Position numbers and translations under genes: made by a program. A model generated the notes under the pieces. It saw nothing but the letters and a program-made list of their open reading frames with translations. It ran no database searches and was not told the origin of the DNA. A stretch of DNA of 64,000 nucleotides from Callorhinchus milii (lineage: Eukaryota): NCBI RefSeq assembly GCF_018977255.1, contig NW_024704743.1, positions 64,358,001 to 64,422,000 of the forward strand, read 5' to 3'. Below are positions 40,333 through 52,262 of the stretch, one piece after another; positions within the stretch are counted from its first letter, which is position 1; every line of letters begins with the position of its first letter.

Positions 40333-41157
40333 CTCACTGATGTTTTACATTTGCCTACAAAATATAGTCATGTCACTTTACAATAAATCCAATGGATTGC
40401 TTTGAGACATCCTCACAAAATAAAAGGCACTGTATCAAATATAAGGATTATTACTATTATTATTAACGTTTAAAAACTGTGCATTCAGCAAGAAACTCCA
40501 TATATGTTACACTGATCAGTGAGACCTCAGTTCCAGCTTGGTATGTCCTCGAATCAGTGTCGAGTTCAGAAAAATTTCTGTTGAAAACAAAATTGAAACG
40601 TTGCTCTTTTTTGGCAGCCAGGCATCAGCAACATTGCCAATCTCAAGTGTGGCACTTGGTCTAACTTTGTTTTGTGAAATTTGTAATGCTGTTTTTACAT
40701 TCGTAGATCCACATCTCTAGGGAAAGGGGGAAGGTTATACCTGAACTTTTTCCACTTTGCAATTGAAAACTTTCTGTTCTAATCTTTGTTCTGATTGTTT
40801 TCAGTGACATTAACAAAAACACTTTTCATTACATTGCCCACCTGCCTCCACCGGAGGCAATTTATTGTAAATAATGAAAATAGCACAAGTTTAGGAATGC
40901 ATCTTCAACACAGGCATTGTTCCTTCATTGCTTTTTATGAGCATTGTTTCTACGAGGAAGCACTTGGTCTCTGCTCAGTGTCTCTCCTCAATAGCATGCA
41001 TGAGATTGGAGCCTCGCGAGAGTATGGAGATTGGATCTCATGGCTCTCTGCCCTGGCTCTGTTGTGGATCCTGAATTATTTTGACAAGAATGTTACAATT
41101 ACATATATCTTCATTCTGTAAACAATATATTTATGTGCAAATATTCTGCTTCATTAG

Positions 41158-41212
41158 GAATTACCGTCTACAGCCATCCTTATCGAGGATCTGTTCTGGA
41201 TGATGATTCAAT
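41158..41212 (+). CDS. ABCA13: ABCA13 window exon 20 (GITVYSHPYRGSVLDDDS)
   Basis: cattag acceptor; gtaagt donor; GITxxxHP motif. Confidence 0.92.
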
Positions 41213-41689
41213 GTAAGTTGTTTGCGCTGTGAGTATAAGCGCTCTGAGACGTTACTCTGCGTGGAGGTCGCTGTATAAGTGCAAGTTGTTGTTGTGTTAA
41301 ATACACGTTGCTGCTAAATATTGTAAACTAATCTGGATCTTTTTAAGACTTGCGGAGAAGCAGCCTCCAAATTTAAAGAACATTGCACAATTCTGCACAA
41401 TCTTAAATTTCAAGACACTAAAGTCTTACAGGTTAATATTTAGTAGCATTTCCAGGCCATTGGTTTGAAACAACCATAGTTTACAGATACAACCTGCATG
41501 AGGATTAAACAGAGGAAAATTACTGAAATGATGACGGGACTATGGTGAGGACTGGAGACTGGGAGAAATGTAGAAAGCAACAAAAGGAGACAAAAAAAAT
41601 AATACAGAGGGCAAAGAGGGAGAGTGATGGAATTGGAAGCAATTTTGTGCCATACAAATAAGTTGAGAGGAAGATATTTGGTATAAAGG

Positions 41690-42230
41690 ATTATTCTCCA
41701 GTTGACATTCTCAGATTGGTGGGCAGTAACAAGTGTGTCCCTAGGGATTGGTGCTGGAGCCCAGTTTTTCACACAAACTATGAATGCCCTGGAAACAGGA
41801 ATAAAGGGGACTATTTTTAGTTTACTGATTACATTAAACTAGCGATATACAGTGCAGCCTCATTATAATGAGGTGTTGAATGCATAAGATCCCATCCCGT
41901 ATTATAATGAGTTACGATCTCGGGTTTTACTGCGCATGCATGCAGCTGGATGATTCGCTTCTTGCATGCCAGCTGGTTCTGCACTAGAAGACAAACTGAT
42001 CAATTTCCAGTTCATTGAGTCACTGCTTGATTTACACATGCACAGTGATACAGGAAGTGATGTCGAAGACAACCCAGAAGGAAGTTGGTCACTTTAGCGT
42101 GAAAATGTGAGTGGGGTCCACAGTGCAATTGGATTATCATGAAATTTGTGCTATAATGAAACGCGTTTAATGAGACTACACTTTAGTAAATTGTGAAGAA
42201 GAAAATTGCAAAGTGACATACAGAGAGAAT
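41690..42230 (+). mobile_element. CR1 RT fragment interrupted by a DNA-transposon MITE
   Basis: V.S.VP.GLVL.P and F.D..KL...VNCEE remnants rejoin across 41850-42183. Confidence 0.7.
41850..42183. mobile_element. Tigger/pogo-like (Tc1/mariner superfamily) non-autonomous DNA transposon
   Basis: Imperfect TIRs CAGTGCAGCCTCATTATAA ... TTTAATGAGACTACACTT; TA at both flanks (41848-49, 42184-85); subterminal TATAATGA repeats. Confidence 0.75.
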
Positions 42231-42576
42231 TTGGATTTTTATAGTTTATCATTTCAAAATGTCTCAAAGTGCTTTACATTCTAAATGGGCCAGCATTCAG
42301 GGATTTAGGTAAACCAGGGGATTTGGGGATTTAGAGATTCAAGTGCAAACATGTGTTAAATGATAATTCTCCCTTTACACATGTACTTAGACATGGTTAG
42401 CATAACCTGCAGATTAGATCACAGAAGTACAGAAAGTTGGAATGACTTTCAGGTAATTTGTGGTGTTTTCTGCTATAATTTGTATGTTGTTTACTTAACT
42501 GAGGCATTAATGGTTGTATTGAAGTATTGCATCTGCTGATTAAATCTATTTCTCTTTCCACTGCTTCCCTCTGAAG

Positions 42577-42754
42577 TATGGAGAATCTTCGACAGTGTGG
42601 AGTGGCATTCTGTATCCTTATAGGATTCTCCGTCTTAACAGCAAGCATCGGGACCTACATTATACGAGACAGAGTTACTGGACAGAAAAGAATACAGCAT
42701 ATTTCTGGATTGAGCTACTGGCTTTACTGGCTGACTAACTTTCTCTATGATATG
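42577..42754 (+). CDS. ABCA13: ABCA13 window exon 21 ([14 protein letters not shown]...[23 protein letters not shown])
   Basis: ctgaag acceptor; gtaagg donor. Confidence 0.95.
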
Positions 42755-43237
42755 GTAAGGGACAACATCAATTTATATGCAGGCTTTATTTACATACATG
42801 AACCAGTATTTCCCCCTACACACACACACACCAATCGTGGCTCATTGTTCATATCCTTTTATCTTCCTTTGGCTGGAGTGTAGGAAGAGCCTCGCAGACC
42901 CTTCCCAAAGTTCAGTAATAGCACTGGTCTTTGCTTAGCTTCTAAGAGGTCCATTCAGGTTGTAATGATGCATTAACATTAACCACGGTAGTGGTTTGGA
43001 CAGAGGGGGAGTAGCGGACAGAGGGGGATGGGAGGAGAGACATTTAGAGTGGAGGGGGAGGGGGAGGCTCCGGTTGGGGCGGAGGCCAAAACGCGTACGC
43101 AGAGACTGAGAGCGAGCGATCAGTGGGACAGCATCAGCCCTCAGGCTGGGCGGTCATGGCTGGGATGGCAGTGGCAGGGGCTGCCAGGCCATTGTTGTTG
43201 TTGCTGTTTTTTTTAATTGTGTCGTCACGCCGACGTC

Positions 43238-43334
43238 ACTTACCTCCTGCCGCGCTCTCCTGACTCCTCTCTCGACTGAGTGGCTCCTCACCTGGCTGGA
43301 CTTTATACCCGCAGCTAGGCCTCGGCTCCGCCCC
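43238..43334 (-). promoter_or_regulatory. Candidate antisense Pol II core promoter with short first exon
   Basis: Minus strand: GGGGCGGAG (43334-43326), TATAAAG (43307-43301), TCAGTC Inr with A at 43277, GAG|GTAAGT donor (exon ends 43244); locally CpG-rich. Confidence 0.55.
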
Positions 43335-43401
43335 GAGCACTCCTGACTCCGCTCCCGACTCTGGGTATCAAACAGTGATTTTAACCATAATCTTACAACT
43401 T

Positions 43402-43609
43402 TGCTGTGGTCACTCTGATACAGGACTGTGCTGTGGTCACTCTGATACAGGACTGTGCTGTGGTCACTGTGATACAGGACTGTGCTGTGGTCACTCTGAT
43501 ACAGGACTGTGCTGTGGTCACTCTGATACAGGACTGTGCTGTGGTCACTCTGATACAGGACTGTGCTGTGGTCACTCTGATACAGGACTGTGCTGTGGTC
43601 ACTCTGATA
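43402..43609. repeat. 27-bp minisatellite (TGCTGTGGTCACTCTGATACAGGACTG) x ~7.7
   Basis: Near-perfect units; one substitution in unit 3. Confidence 0.97.
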
Positions 43610-44074
43610 AGGGACTAAGTCCTTGATCAAAAACAGGCTTCTGTTCTCATTATCACTTGGAATTCATTTACATTATCCCAAAAGCAAGTTCCTCACTTTA
43701 CCAGTATCCCTTAGCAGAGGATAGCCAGTTCTTTATTGCAGATTCTGTCATGTAGACAGTAGTCAGGAAATGATCAGGGAATAGAGTGGGAAGCCTTGTG
43801 TCAGTTTGCACATCTTTCCTGACGTGGAGTCCTGTTCTGTTAGCAGGTGCTCTACCTCACTGGTATATATCACATGAGGCAGGAAGATGGAAACACCCAT
43901 TATCTCTGTTCACTGGAATCTGGTACCTGCTGACATTTTGAAGGAAGCCATTTTATGACCAAATCACAGGGCCTACAACAACTATAACTTAATTATGAGC
44001 AGAGCCTGTATTCTGTGCTGTATGCACATGGTGATTTATTGCTGTTTTCCATTGCTCCATGTGCTTCTGTCTAG

Positions 44075-44190
44075 GTCTACTATCTGGTGCCAGTGACCCT
44101 ATGTATTGCGATCATAGCAGCTTTCAGATTTGCAGCCTTCACTTCCCAGGTGAACCTGGGAGCAACATATCTTTTGCTGCTTCTATTTGG
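44075..44190 (+). CDS. ABCA13: ABCA13 window exon 22 (VYYLVPVTLCIAII...LLLLLFG)
   Basis: tctag acceptor; gtaaga donor. Confidence 0.94.
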
Positions 44191-46454
44191 GTAAGACCTG
44201 AGTTTTTTATGCTAAGCTTATCAGGCAGAAACTATCCTAAGTAAATCTGCTTTGCAAATTCAACTTATTATTTAACCAGATATTTCCCGTTGATGGTTTA
44301 CTTCCATTCAATGCACAGGTAGAAATAAACTACTCAATATTTTGCTTGCAAATATCCCAGAATAATTGTTGTAATGCAAACCACATAGTGGGAAATGCTG
44401 GTGTGATATTGAATTTTACAGACCAGAGAGTCCCAGGCTTCGTATGTGGTCTTTGCTGATCTCAGGTAAGGGCAGCAGTTGGAGCAAACATAGCGCAATG
44501 CCCTAGGCTTGAGAGGAGAAATATCAGCCCATTTTCCTACCCCAGAATATTTAGTTATTTCCCTCTCAACCTCAGAAGGGTTCAGCAATACCGCTGATTT
44601 AAGCACTCTGGGATGCTACCCTGTGTTAGGGGCGCTATATAAATGCAAGTTGTTCTTGACTTACTCTCCACATTTACTAACCCATCCTCTCGCTTTTAAT
44701 CCTACCACCAGAATATGTTTCTACTGTTGAGGTACATTTCTTGCCATTGGTTATTTTACCCATTACATAATTAACAATTAAAAACTCAAGGACTTCTGAT
44801 TCACCCTGTATAAATGCAAATTGTTGTGGTTTGGTCGTGACTGTGGTGGTGGTGGTGTCAGAAGTTAGATTATAGTGGTAATGAAACTCAGAGCTGTCAA
44901 GAAAAAGCTAAACACAAACAATTCAAATCAAAGTGGTGTTACTGGATCCTAATTTTTCAGTTAACTTTTGCCTTATCGTCTTTAATATAGAAATTTACCA
45001 GCACAGAAGAAGGCCATTTGTTCCATTGTGTCCTGTGTGATATCAGGGAGTATGTAGGCCACAAAGTACTACGCAATATCCTCTGTTGAAGACTAAGGAT
45101 AGAGCCTTAAATAATATAAATTATATTAGAAGTACCATAGTACAAATAAAGCTAATTTGCACTGGAGATTTTGTATAAATCCAGCGTCATTCATCAAGCT
45201 TTCTGTGTAGATCAAAATTCTGTATCATGAAGAAATACTGTTATAAAATACATAATTCAAGAGTATTACATTTCTTTCCTCCCTTTTTATATCAATTTAT
45301 ACCAGTCTGCAACTCATTTAATCTGACAAATTGGTAAAAACACCCAAAGGACATTGTACCTGGACTTGCATCCTAATTATCTGAATATTTCTCACTCTCG
45401 CTCCGATTCGCCTGATATTTTCAGGCATTTTATATAGGTGAGCTTTACTCTACCAGCAGCCTGCTGTGCTATCTATAACTTAACTCTGCAAATACTTTGG
45501 GCAGTTCTCAATGGTATGCCTAAATGGAGCTAGTTCGTGAGAAGCTTCTGAACACTCAAAAGGTAGAATATCCAGGTATGCTTTGAGCCAGTCAATCTGT
45601 GACCCACTGAGAGCAATGATGAGTCTCTAGAATTTAAACCGTTATTAAATTCTCAGGTTGCTCATGGCTATAGTCTTGCTCAATCACAGACAGCTTCACA
45701 TGTTCTTAAATAAAGAATAATAACAGAAAATATCCACAAATGCATCCATACTAAACCACAACTGTTTGGTTGCAGTCTGTACTGTAGCCCAGATCAACGC
45801 ATGTGTAACAGTCACAAAGACACAGGGAAATTTGTCCATGATGAAATCCAGTTAGAGACAAACTTGATGCAAAAAGAGATTACAGATTAGATAACTAAAA
45901 ACACATATTTTAGACAGCTAAACCTTTAATCTCTTTTATCAAAGTACAATTGTGTACATGGGGATCCACCAAATTATGTGCAGCTAATCTCTCTGAATTT
46001 CAGATCATTTAGAGTGTTACAGCTTCATAAGTGCAGAGTGGTCCTGAGAATACATCAAAATTCAAATTATTTCAATTATGGCCCGATTCAATGGAACTGA
46101 GAAAACTCATATGTGTTTGGTTCTTTGCCTTGTTCAATGTTATTTTATAGGGTAACTTGAACGGGAGGAGAAAAGAATGTGGAAAGAAATGTATTTCAAA
46201 GCTACCCAATGTATAACTGGTCTAATAGAAGTAATAATTTTCACGAAGGGTAACTGGTTCTGAAAGAAATGTACAGAGTGACCAAAAAGTCATGATACCA
46301 TTAAAATGTCTAATACGTTTTAAAGAAATTGTGATTTATTTTAGATAATAGGGTAGTTATCAGAACTTTTTTTCACCCTGTATTTACAGCATCTGTTAAT
46401 GTTGTTTCTGTCCTCACTGTTGCTTTTTTCCACCCCTTTCTGCCTGTTTTTCAG

Positions 46455-46611
46455 ATTCGCCACTCTGCCCTGGATGTACCTGTTGTCAAGGTTCTTCTCC
46501 AGCTCAGATGCAGCTTTCATCACATACATTGCAATAAACTTGGTGCTGGGTCTCTGCACAATCCTCACAGCCTATCTTCCTCGTTTCATAGCACTTTTGT
46601 CCAACCAGGAG
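46455..46611 (+). CDS. ABCA13: ABCA13 window exon 23 (FATLPWMYLLSRFFSSSDAAFITY...)
   Basis: tttcag acceptor; gtcagt donor. Confidence 0.94.
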
Positions 46612-46829
46612 GTCAGTGAACAGGCTAACAATGTACAAAATAGTTTAATTTACAGCAGTTATAAACAGGATTACTTAAGAATCAGACATGCCCAGTTTGA
46701 GCAGCTTTTCGGTAACTTGAAGTACATCACTTTGAACGTCGAAAACTCCCCACCAATCCAATCTATTTCTGGAGCAGATTTCCTGCTCTTAAATGGGAAT
46801 TCAAATGTGATTCTTTATTAAGTTTCCCT

Positions 46830-47085
46830 ACACAAGCTGCATACTAACCAGAACTCTGCAGCCCATGTCCTCTCCCTGGTTCAGCGAGTCAATTGACCCC
46901 ATCCTTGTTCAGCTCCACTGGGTCACCATTTCCTAGTGGATTGAATTCAAGATGCTTGTCCCCATCTTGAAATCCCTGCATTACTCTGCAACCTCCTACA
47001 TCTCTACTGACACGAACACTGCTTTCACTCAGTGAACACTGGCCTGCTTCATGCTCCCTCATCCTATCCACCCTACCATTGGCGG
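46830..47085 (+). mobile_element. L2 LINE C-terminal fragment
   Basis: QNSAA.VL...PIL.QLHW...IEFK-like remnant. Confidence 0.6.
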
Positions 47086-47576
47086 AAAAGCCAATGGTGG
47101 TGTGGATAGGGTGGGGAACATGAAGTTGGAGGTATATGTTGCTAGGTAGAAATAGCAATCTTTTTCTGCTAAAATGCTTCTGCTTCTATTCTGAAGATCT
47201 GGCAAAAAAAACTTTTCAGTGATCGGAATGTGTTAGAAACCCAATATGCAGTATGAGGCTCCAAAAGTGGTAGCCAGAGCTGTTTTAAGTGTAGCTGACC
47301 ATATCACGTGCACCTAGGAGCTAGTGATTTGGTGACAATAAGCAAATTGTATGAGTAGGAATGATTAGTGGGCAGAGGAAATAACTACAATCAGGTAAGT
47401 GAGAAATAGTATTAGCAATGAATACAGGAGTCAAATCCTATGTGATGTGAAAAGTATTCTGGGGTCAATATTGTATCAAAAGGTGAGTTTGTCTTCTTAT
47501 ATCTTCTTAATAAACACTTTGTTTTTTATTTGGGAGATGACATCTAGGTATTATTTTCTTTTTTTTCTCTCGTCAG

Positions 47577-47830
47577 GATTTACTGAGAACTTACACTGTA
47601 CTCCGTTGGGTATTCATTGTCTTCCCCCCTTTCTGCCTGGCCTATGGGCTGATTGAACTCTCATACAACCAACTGAAATTTGATCTGACCCAGGCTTTTG
47701 GGGTAGATTCCTATGTGAGTCCATTTGAGATGGAATTCCTCGGTTGGACATTTGTAGCATTAACAGTTCAAGGCTGCGTCCTTTTCTCCATCCGACTTCT
47801 ATTCCAAGGGGATTTCCTGCACAAGATCAG
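47577..47830 (+). CDS. ABCA13: ABCA13 window exon 24 ([20 protein letters not shown]...)
   Basis: cgtcag acceptor; gtaaga donor; conserved FPxFCLxxGL motif. Confidence 0.95.
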
Positions 47831-48320
47831 GTAAGATAGTACCTTTGTTACCAAAAAGAAAGCTTGTGAGGGGCTCAGATGCAGCAATGTTTAGATAGCA
47901 AATTTAGGATATTGTGATGTGTGATATGCAAATGATCACTGGGAATAATTATATCGTTGAAGTGTGGTCGAATCAAATTGATACCTAAAGACTGGCCTCA
48001 ATGAATTGTATACATTTGGAAAATATACAAGTTGTTTGACAAACATACAAACTTTTTAGATCATTACCAAAATAAAGAAAGCAATTTTTTTTTAATAGAG
48101 AGTTGCTAGGATGTGAAATAATGTCCTATGGAAAATGAAGGCTTTTAAAAGAGAATTAGACAAACATTTGAAAATGAAAAATATGAAAGATTATGGGGAC
48201 AAAGGCAGGACAATAGGGCTAGACAGAAGCTCTTACAGAAAATTATAGACACAATCGGACAAATAGTCTTCTGCATTGTACAATTCTACGGTTCAATGAC
48301 AGTTTTACTTGCACATCTAG

Positions 48321-48513
48321 ATTCAAGAATTCAGCAGATGATTCAGTTGACAGTGGTGGGGATGAAGATGTGAAGAAGGAATGTGAAAGAGTTCTGAGTG
48401 GAAGAGAAAACAATGACATTCTACAGCTTCACAACGTGAAGAAGAAGTATAAAACTTTGAGGACGAATGTTACTGCTGTGAAGGGAGTCACAGTGGGGAT
48501 ACCCAGAGGAGAG
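48321..48513 (+). CDS. ABCA13: ABCA13 window exon 25 (DEDVKKECERV...GIPRGE)
   Basis: atctag acceptor; gtacag donor; DEDVxxExxRV motif. Confidence 0.94.
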
Positions 48514-48829
48514 GTACAGAGAAGTCTTAGCTCTTTGTAGAGTGGTCACGTTCCAAAAATTAGTTGCAGATAATTCATAACATGAGAAGGATCTAGACTG
48601 CTCTCAATATCCTTGATTTCCTCTTCACCCTTCCCAATAAGATGCTAGATGGTAAAATCAGTGTTGACATATTTTATTAAGGATGATTTATGAATGAATT
48701 TTCTTTTGTGGTGTTTGTAATGAGTTAGTTATCAGAAATGGGATTTCTGACTGATATTTTTTCTTCCCCTCCCTAGCCTAGGGTTGCTTCGGGCCATTGT
48801 AGTTCCTGAACTAACCCTGGTTGAGACGA

Positions 48830-49103
48830 TAATAATTTTCCTTGCATTTAATATAGAGCCTTATCATGATGTTGAGACATCTCAAAGTGTAGTGACTGTG
48901 CATTTTGTAAGCGAAACGCGTCAGCCACTTGCACACAGCAGTGTCTCACAAACAGTCTTGGATTGAGTGCCAAAATTATTTACATTTTTTTAGGGGATGG
49001 TTACCCCCTGGAAAGCGATCGTCAATCGACTTATCAGCCAGGTTCCTACTTATGGCTAGGTAACAGAGGTGTGTGGAGTAAGGAAACTTGCCCAACGTTT
49101 CCC
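48830..49103 (-). mobile_element. tRNA-Ala SINE (long form), head truncated
   Basis: Reverse complement of long-form body and tail. Confidence 0.82.
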
Positions 49104-49299
49104 CTGAGTTAGATGAGCTAACTCAACACAGACTTGAAATTAAATGTAACCTTCTGGCCTGCATTGCTCAGTTCTATACTTGTTGATGCCCACTAACACA
49201 TTAGGGAGCTCCCACAAGTTTATTTCTTATCTCTCCCTGTCAGTGTAGAGTTTCTTCCCTCTCTTGCATGTTTTACTTTGCATGTTTTGCTGTACTTAG

Positions 49300-49409
49300 T
49301 GCTTTGGACTTCTTGGTGTAAACGGAGCTGGAAAAACCACCACCTTTAAGATGCTGACTGGAGACATTGGACCATCTTCAGGACATGCAGTTGTCAAAAC
49401 TGCTGCAGG
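49300..49409 (+). CDS. ABCA13: ABCA13 window exon 26 (NBD2 Walker [23 protein letters not shown])
   Basis: acttag acceptor; gtaagt donor. Confidence 0.96.
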
Positions 49410-49670
49410 GTAAGTAACAGCCTGTCAGGTTTCCATTCATCTGTGTCTAGCAACTTCATCTGTTCAATAAAATTGAACATTCACCGTGTTATGGTTTGTG
49501 GGACTGTGCTGTTCACAAAGTGGCTTCTGGTTTACATTAAAAAAGTCACTGCATTTAACAATAATTATTGCAAAGGCCTCTAAGGCATTTTGACATGGTC
49601 AGGTGCTACAACAATACAAATTATTTTACTCTGCATTGAGTGCTGGAAACTTTATTGTTTTTATAAATAG

Positions 49671-49821
49671 ATCTGAGCAAGACATCATGAATCTTAGGAC
49701 CGATGGAACTCTGATTGGATACTGCCCCCAGTACGATGCTCTGGATGATCTCCTCACTGGCTGGGAACACCTCTACTTTTATTGCAGAATCCGTGGATTG
49801 CCCGAGAAGATGATAAGCAAA
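49671..49821 (+). CDS. ABCA13: ABCA13 window exon 27 (NBD2 Q-loop [20 protein letters not shown])
   Basis: aaatag acceptor; gtcagt donor. Confidence 0.95.
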
Positions 49822-51016
49822 GTCAGTCACACTACATTTCTCTGATCGGAACAGATGGGCCTAAATCAATATTTATATTTTGTCAATATAATAATGGGAC
49901 AGGTGCATGTATTTTAAATGCATTCCATTCCAACCATGTTAAAAGATTTCAGCAAGTCTGAATCTCAGTTTAAGAGCACCAAAATGGCTTCTCTGGCCTC
50001 AATCCAGGGATAATGTCCTAACTGCATTCTCCTTGAATAAGATCCTAGAGGCTTGATTTCACTGTTCAAAATAATCCCACTGAGCTGCAATCCAAAATGG
50101 CAAAACCCAAGTCTTTTCAACTGGGTTTGGGCACACACATTTTTCCAGGTTAGGGATGGAGGAATGTTACTTCAACACCTATTGATATGTTTATTCTTTA
50201 AAAAGGAATGGAATGTCTTTATGAATATTGTAATTTTGACCCTGATGTCTCATTTGTGCTTTGAAGTTGTCAATATAATAATATGAACACATTCATTCTT
50301 GCATATCCAGAGTATATTAGTTAGATAGAGAATGTGACAAATGGGCTTGTACCTGTACAGTTGCTAGTTATTTGCCAGAGATCTCATTAAGAAATTAAAA
50401 CCATGAAACAGCCACTGATAAAGAATGAGACAATAAGAAATGGACAACAGGCCGTTGCCTATAACCAGGAAAGACCCTCTGCATAATGTCTCAAGCTAGG
50501 GCACTATAAACACTGGTGCAATGTTACAGGAAATAGGGCCGTATTCATAATTTTGATTAATGTGTCATATAGACTGCAAGTTTACATCAGTTACGAGAGT
50601 CCCAGTCACAATAATTGAGGTGGTGTGAGATCATCAAGAGACAATCTTATGAGATTGCAGTTTCAAACTGGCTCAGACCTTTATGTTTTATCAGCCGACC
50701 CTGCACCAAGGCATGGCCGGATCTGTTCTTTTGTCCCACTCTCAATTCCAAGAACCTCCTCTTATTATTTATTGGATAACCTAAATGAAGAGAATAAAAG
50801 CACCCAAAGTAACTCAAGAGGTTAGGTGACAAAAACGTTAACTATTTAACTTTGGATGGGTCATTCAGCAGACAGCTGCTGCTGGGTTCCAGTGGGGTGC
50901 TAACAAATATGTTCACTCATTGTCCCTATTGTTCTTGATGATTGTGATAAGGAAGCTTTAATCTGAGCAGAAGTATATTAGATGAGTTATTATATCTGGC
51001 CTAAGGGGACCACAGT

Positions 51017-51332
51017 GGAGTCCTGTAGTTCAGTGGTTAAAGCACTCGCTTTGCAAGCGAGAGACCTGAGTTCAATTCCAGGCAGGGCGAAACCTTGGGC
51101 AAGTTTCCTTACTCCACACGCCTAATAATAATCCTCCAAAAACCAAAAACAATAATAAATTGGTCATTTTCAATCTACGACTGTTTGTGGGACATTGCTG
51201 TGCGCAATTGGCTGCCGCGTTGGCCCACAAATTTAGTCAATTTACTTTACAGTGTGTTCTGTGAAGCACTTTGGGACGTCCTTCCGACGTGAAAAGCGCT
51301 ATATCAAATGCAAGGATTATTATTATTATTAT
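51017..51332 (+). mobile_element. tRNA-Ala SINE (short form), first of tandem pair
   Basis: Same head, body and tail as other copies. Confidence 0.93.
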
Positions 51333-51416
51333 AGTGAAACTGTGCTGGCTGACAAATGCTACAATGTATGAGCTGGTGTCAAAATATGATCTTTGCAATG
51401 TTGGAGTCATTATTGT

Positions 51417-51728
51417 GGAGTCCTGTAGCTCAGTGGTTAGAGCAAGCGAGACACCTGGGTTCAATTCCAGGCAGGTCAGGGTGAAACCTTGGGCAAGTTT
51501 CCTTACTCTACACTCCTAATAATAATCCCTCCAAAAACAAACACAATAATAAATTGGTCATTTTCAATCCATGACTGTTTGTGGGAAACTGCTGTGCGCA
51601 ATTGGCTGCTGCGTTTCGCCCACAAATATACAGTCTTTACAGCATATTCTGTGAAGCGCTTTGAGATGTCTAGAAGACGTGAAAAGTGCTATATCAAATG
51701 CAAGGATTATTATTGTTATTATTATTAG
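51417..51728 (+). mobile_element. tRNA-Ala SINE (short form), second of tandem pair
   Basis: Same family; deletion in the anticodon arm. Confidence 0.92.
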
Positions 51729-52154
51729 ATTTATAGCTAAGTAATCGTCAGCGAGACTCATAGTGCTATAATTTACACTGCCTCATTGTTACTGGTAAAG
51801 GGACTATTTCATTCCATTAACTATTTCACAATGTTAACTCTAAGGCACTGTCTATGGCAAAATGATTATCCTAAAATAATCCAAGCAAATCATTTTGTCA
51901 AGAGATCACCTACAAACAGACTGGGAAGACTAGACTGGGATCAGCCAAGGCCTCTCATTCCTGAGACCTGAAATTCCACCTAGGTCATAACCTGTAGGTA
52001 CATTTTGTCCAGCGCCTCCCGATGTGTAAGGCACTATACAAATTTGTTGTTGTTGTTGTAGTAATATTTAAGATCATGAAGAATTGTGTAAACTCTTAAA
52101 TTCAGTCTTAATTTGTAATGATTTTCATGCACAAAGCTCATGACCAAAATTGTG

Positions 52155-52262
52155 CACCTGGCTAAACTACTGTATACACCTGACTAAACTAATCTATACA
52201 CCTAGCTAAACTATTCTATACACTTGGCTAAACTACTCTATACACCTGGCTAAACTACTCTT
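52155..52262. repeat. 22-bp minisatellite (CACCTGGCTAAACTACTCTATA) x ~5
   Basis: Direct inspection; 1-2 mismatches per unit. Confidence 0.92.

Noticed and set aside
43402..43609. CRISPR-like array or repetitive protein ORFs (YQSDHSTVL / LCCGHSDTG repeats)
   Set aside because: Units are contiguous with no unique spacers and no cas genes. The ORFs arise because 27 is a multiple of 3 and several frames lack stops.
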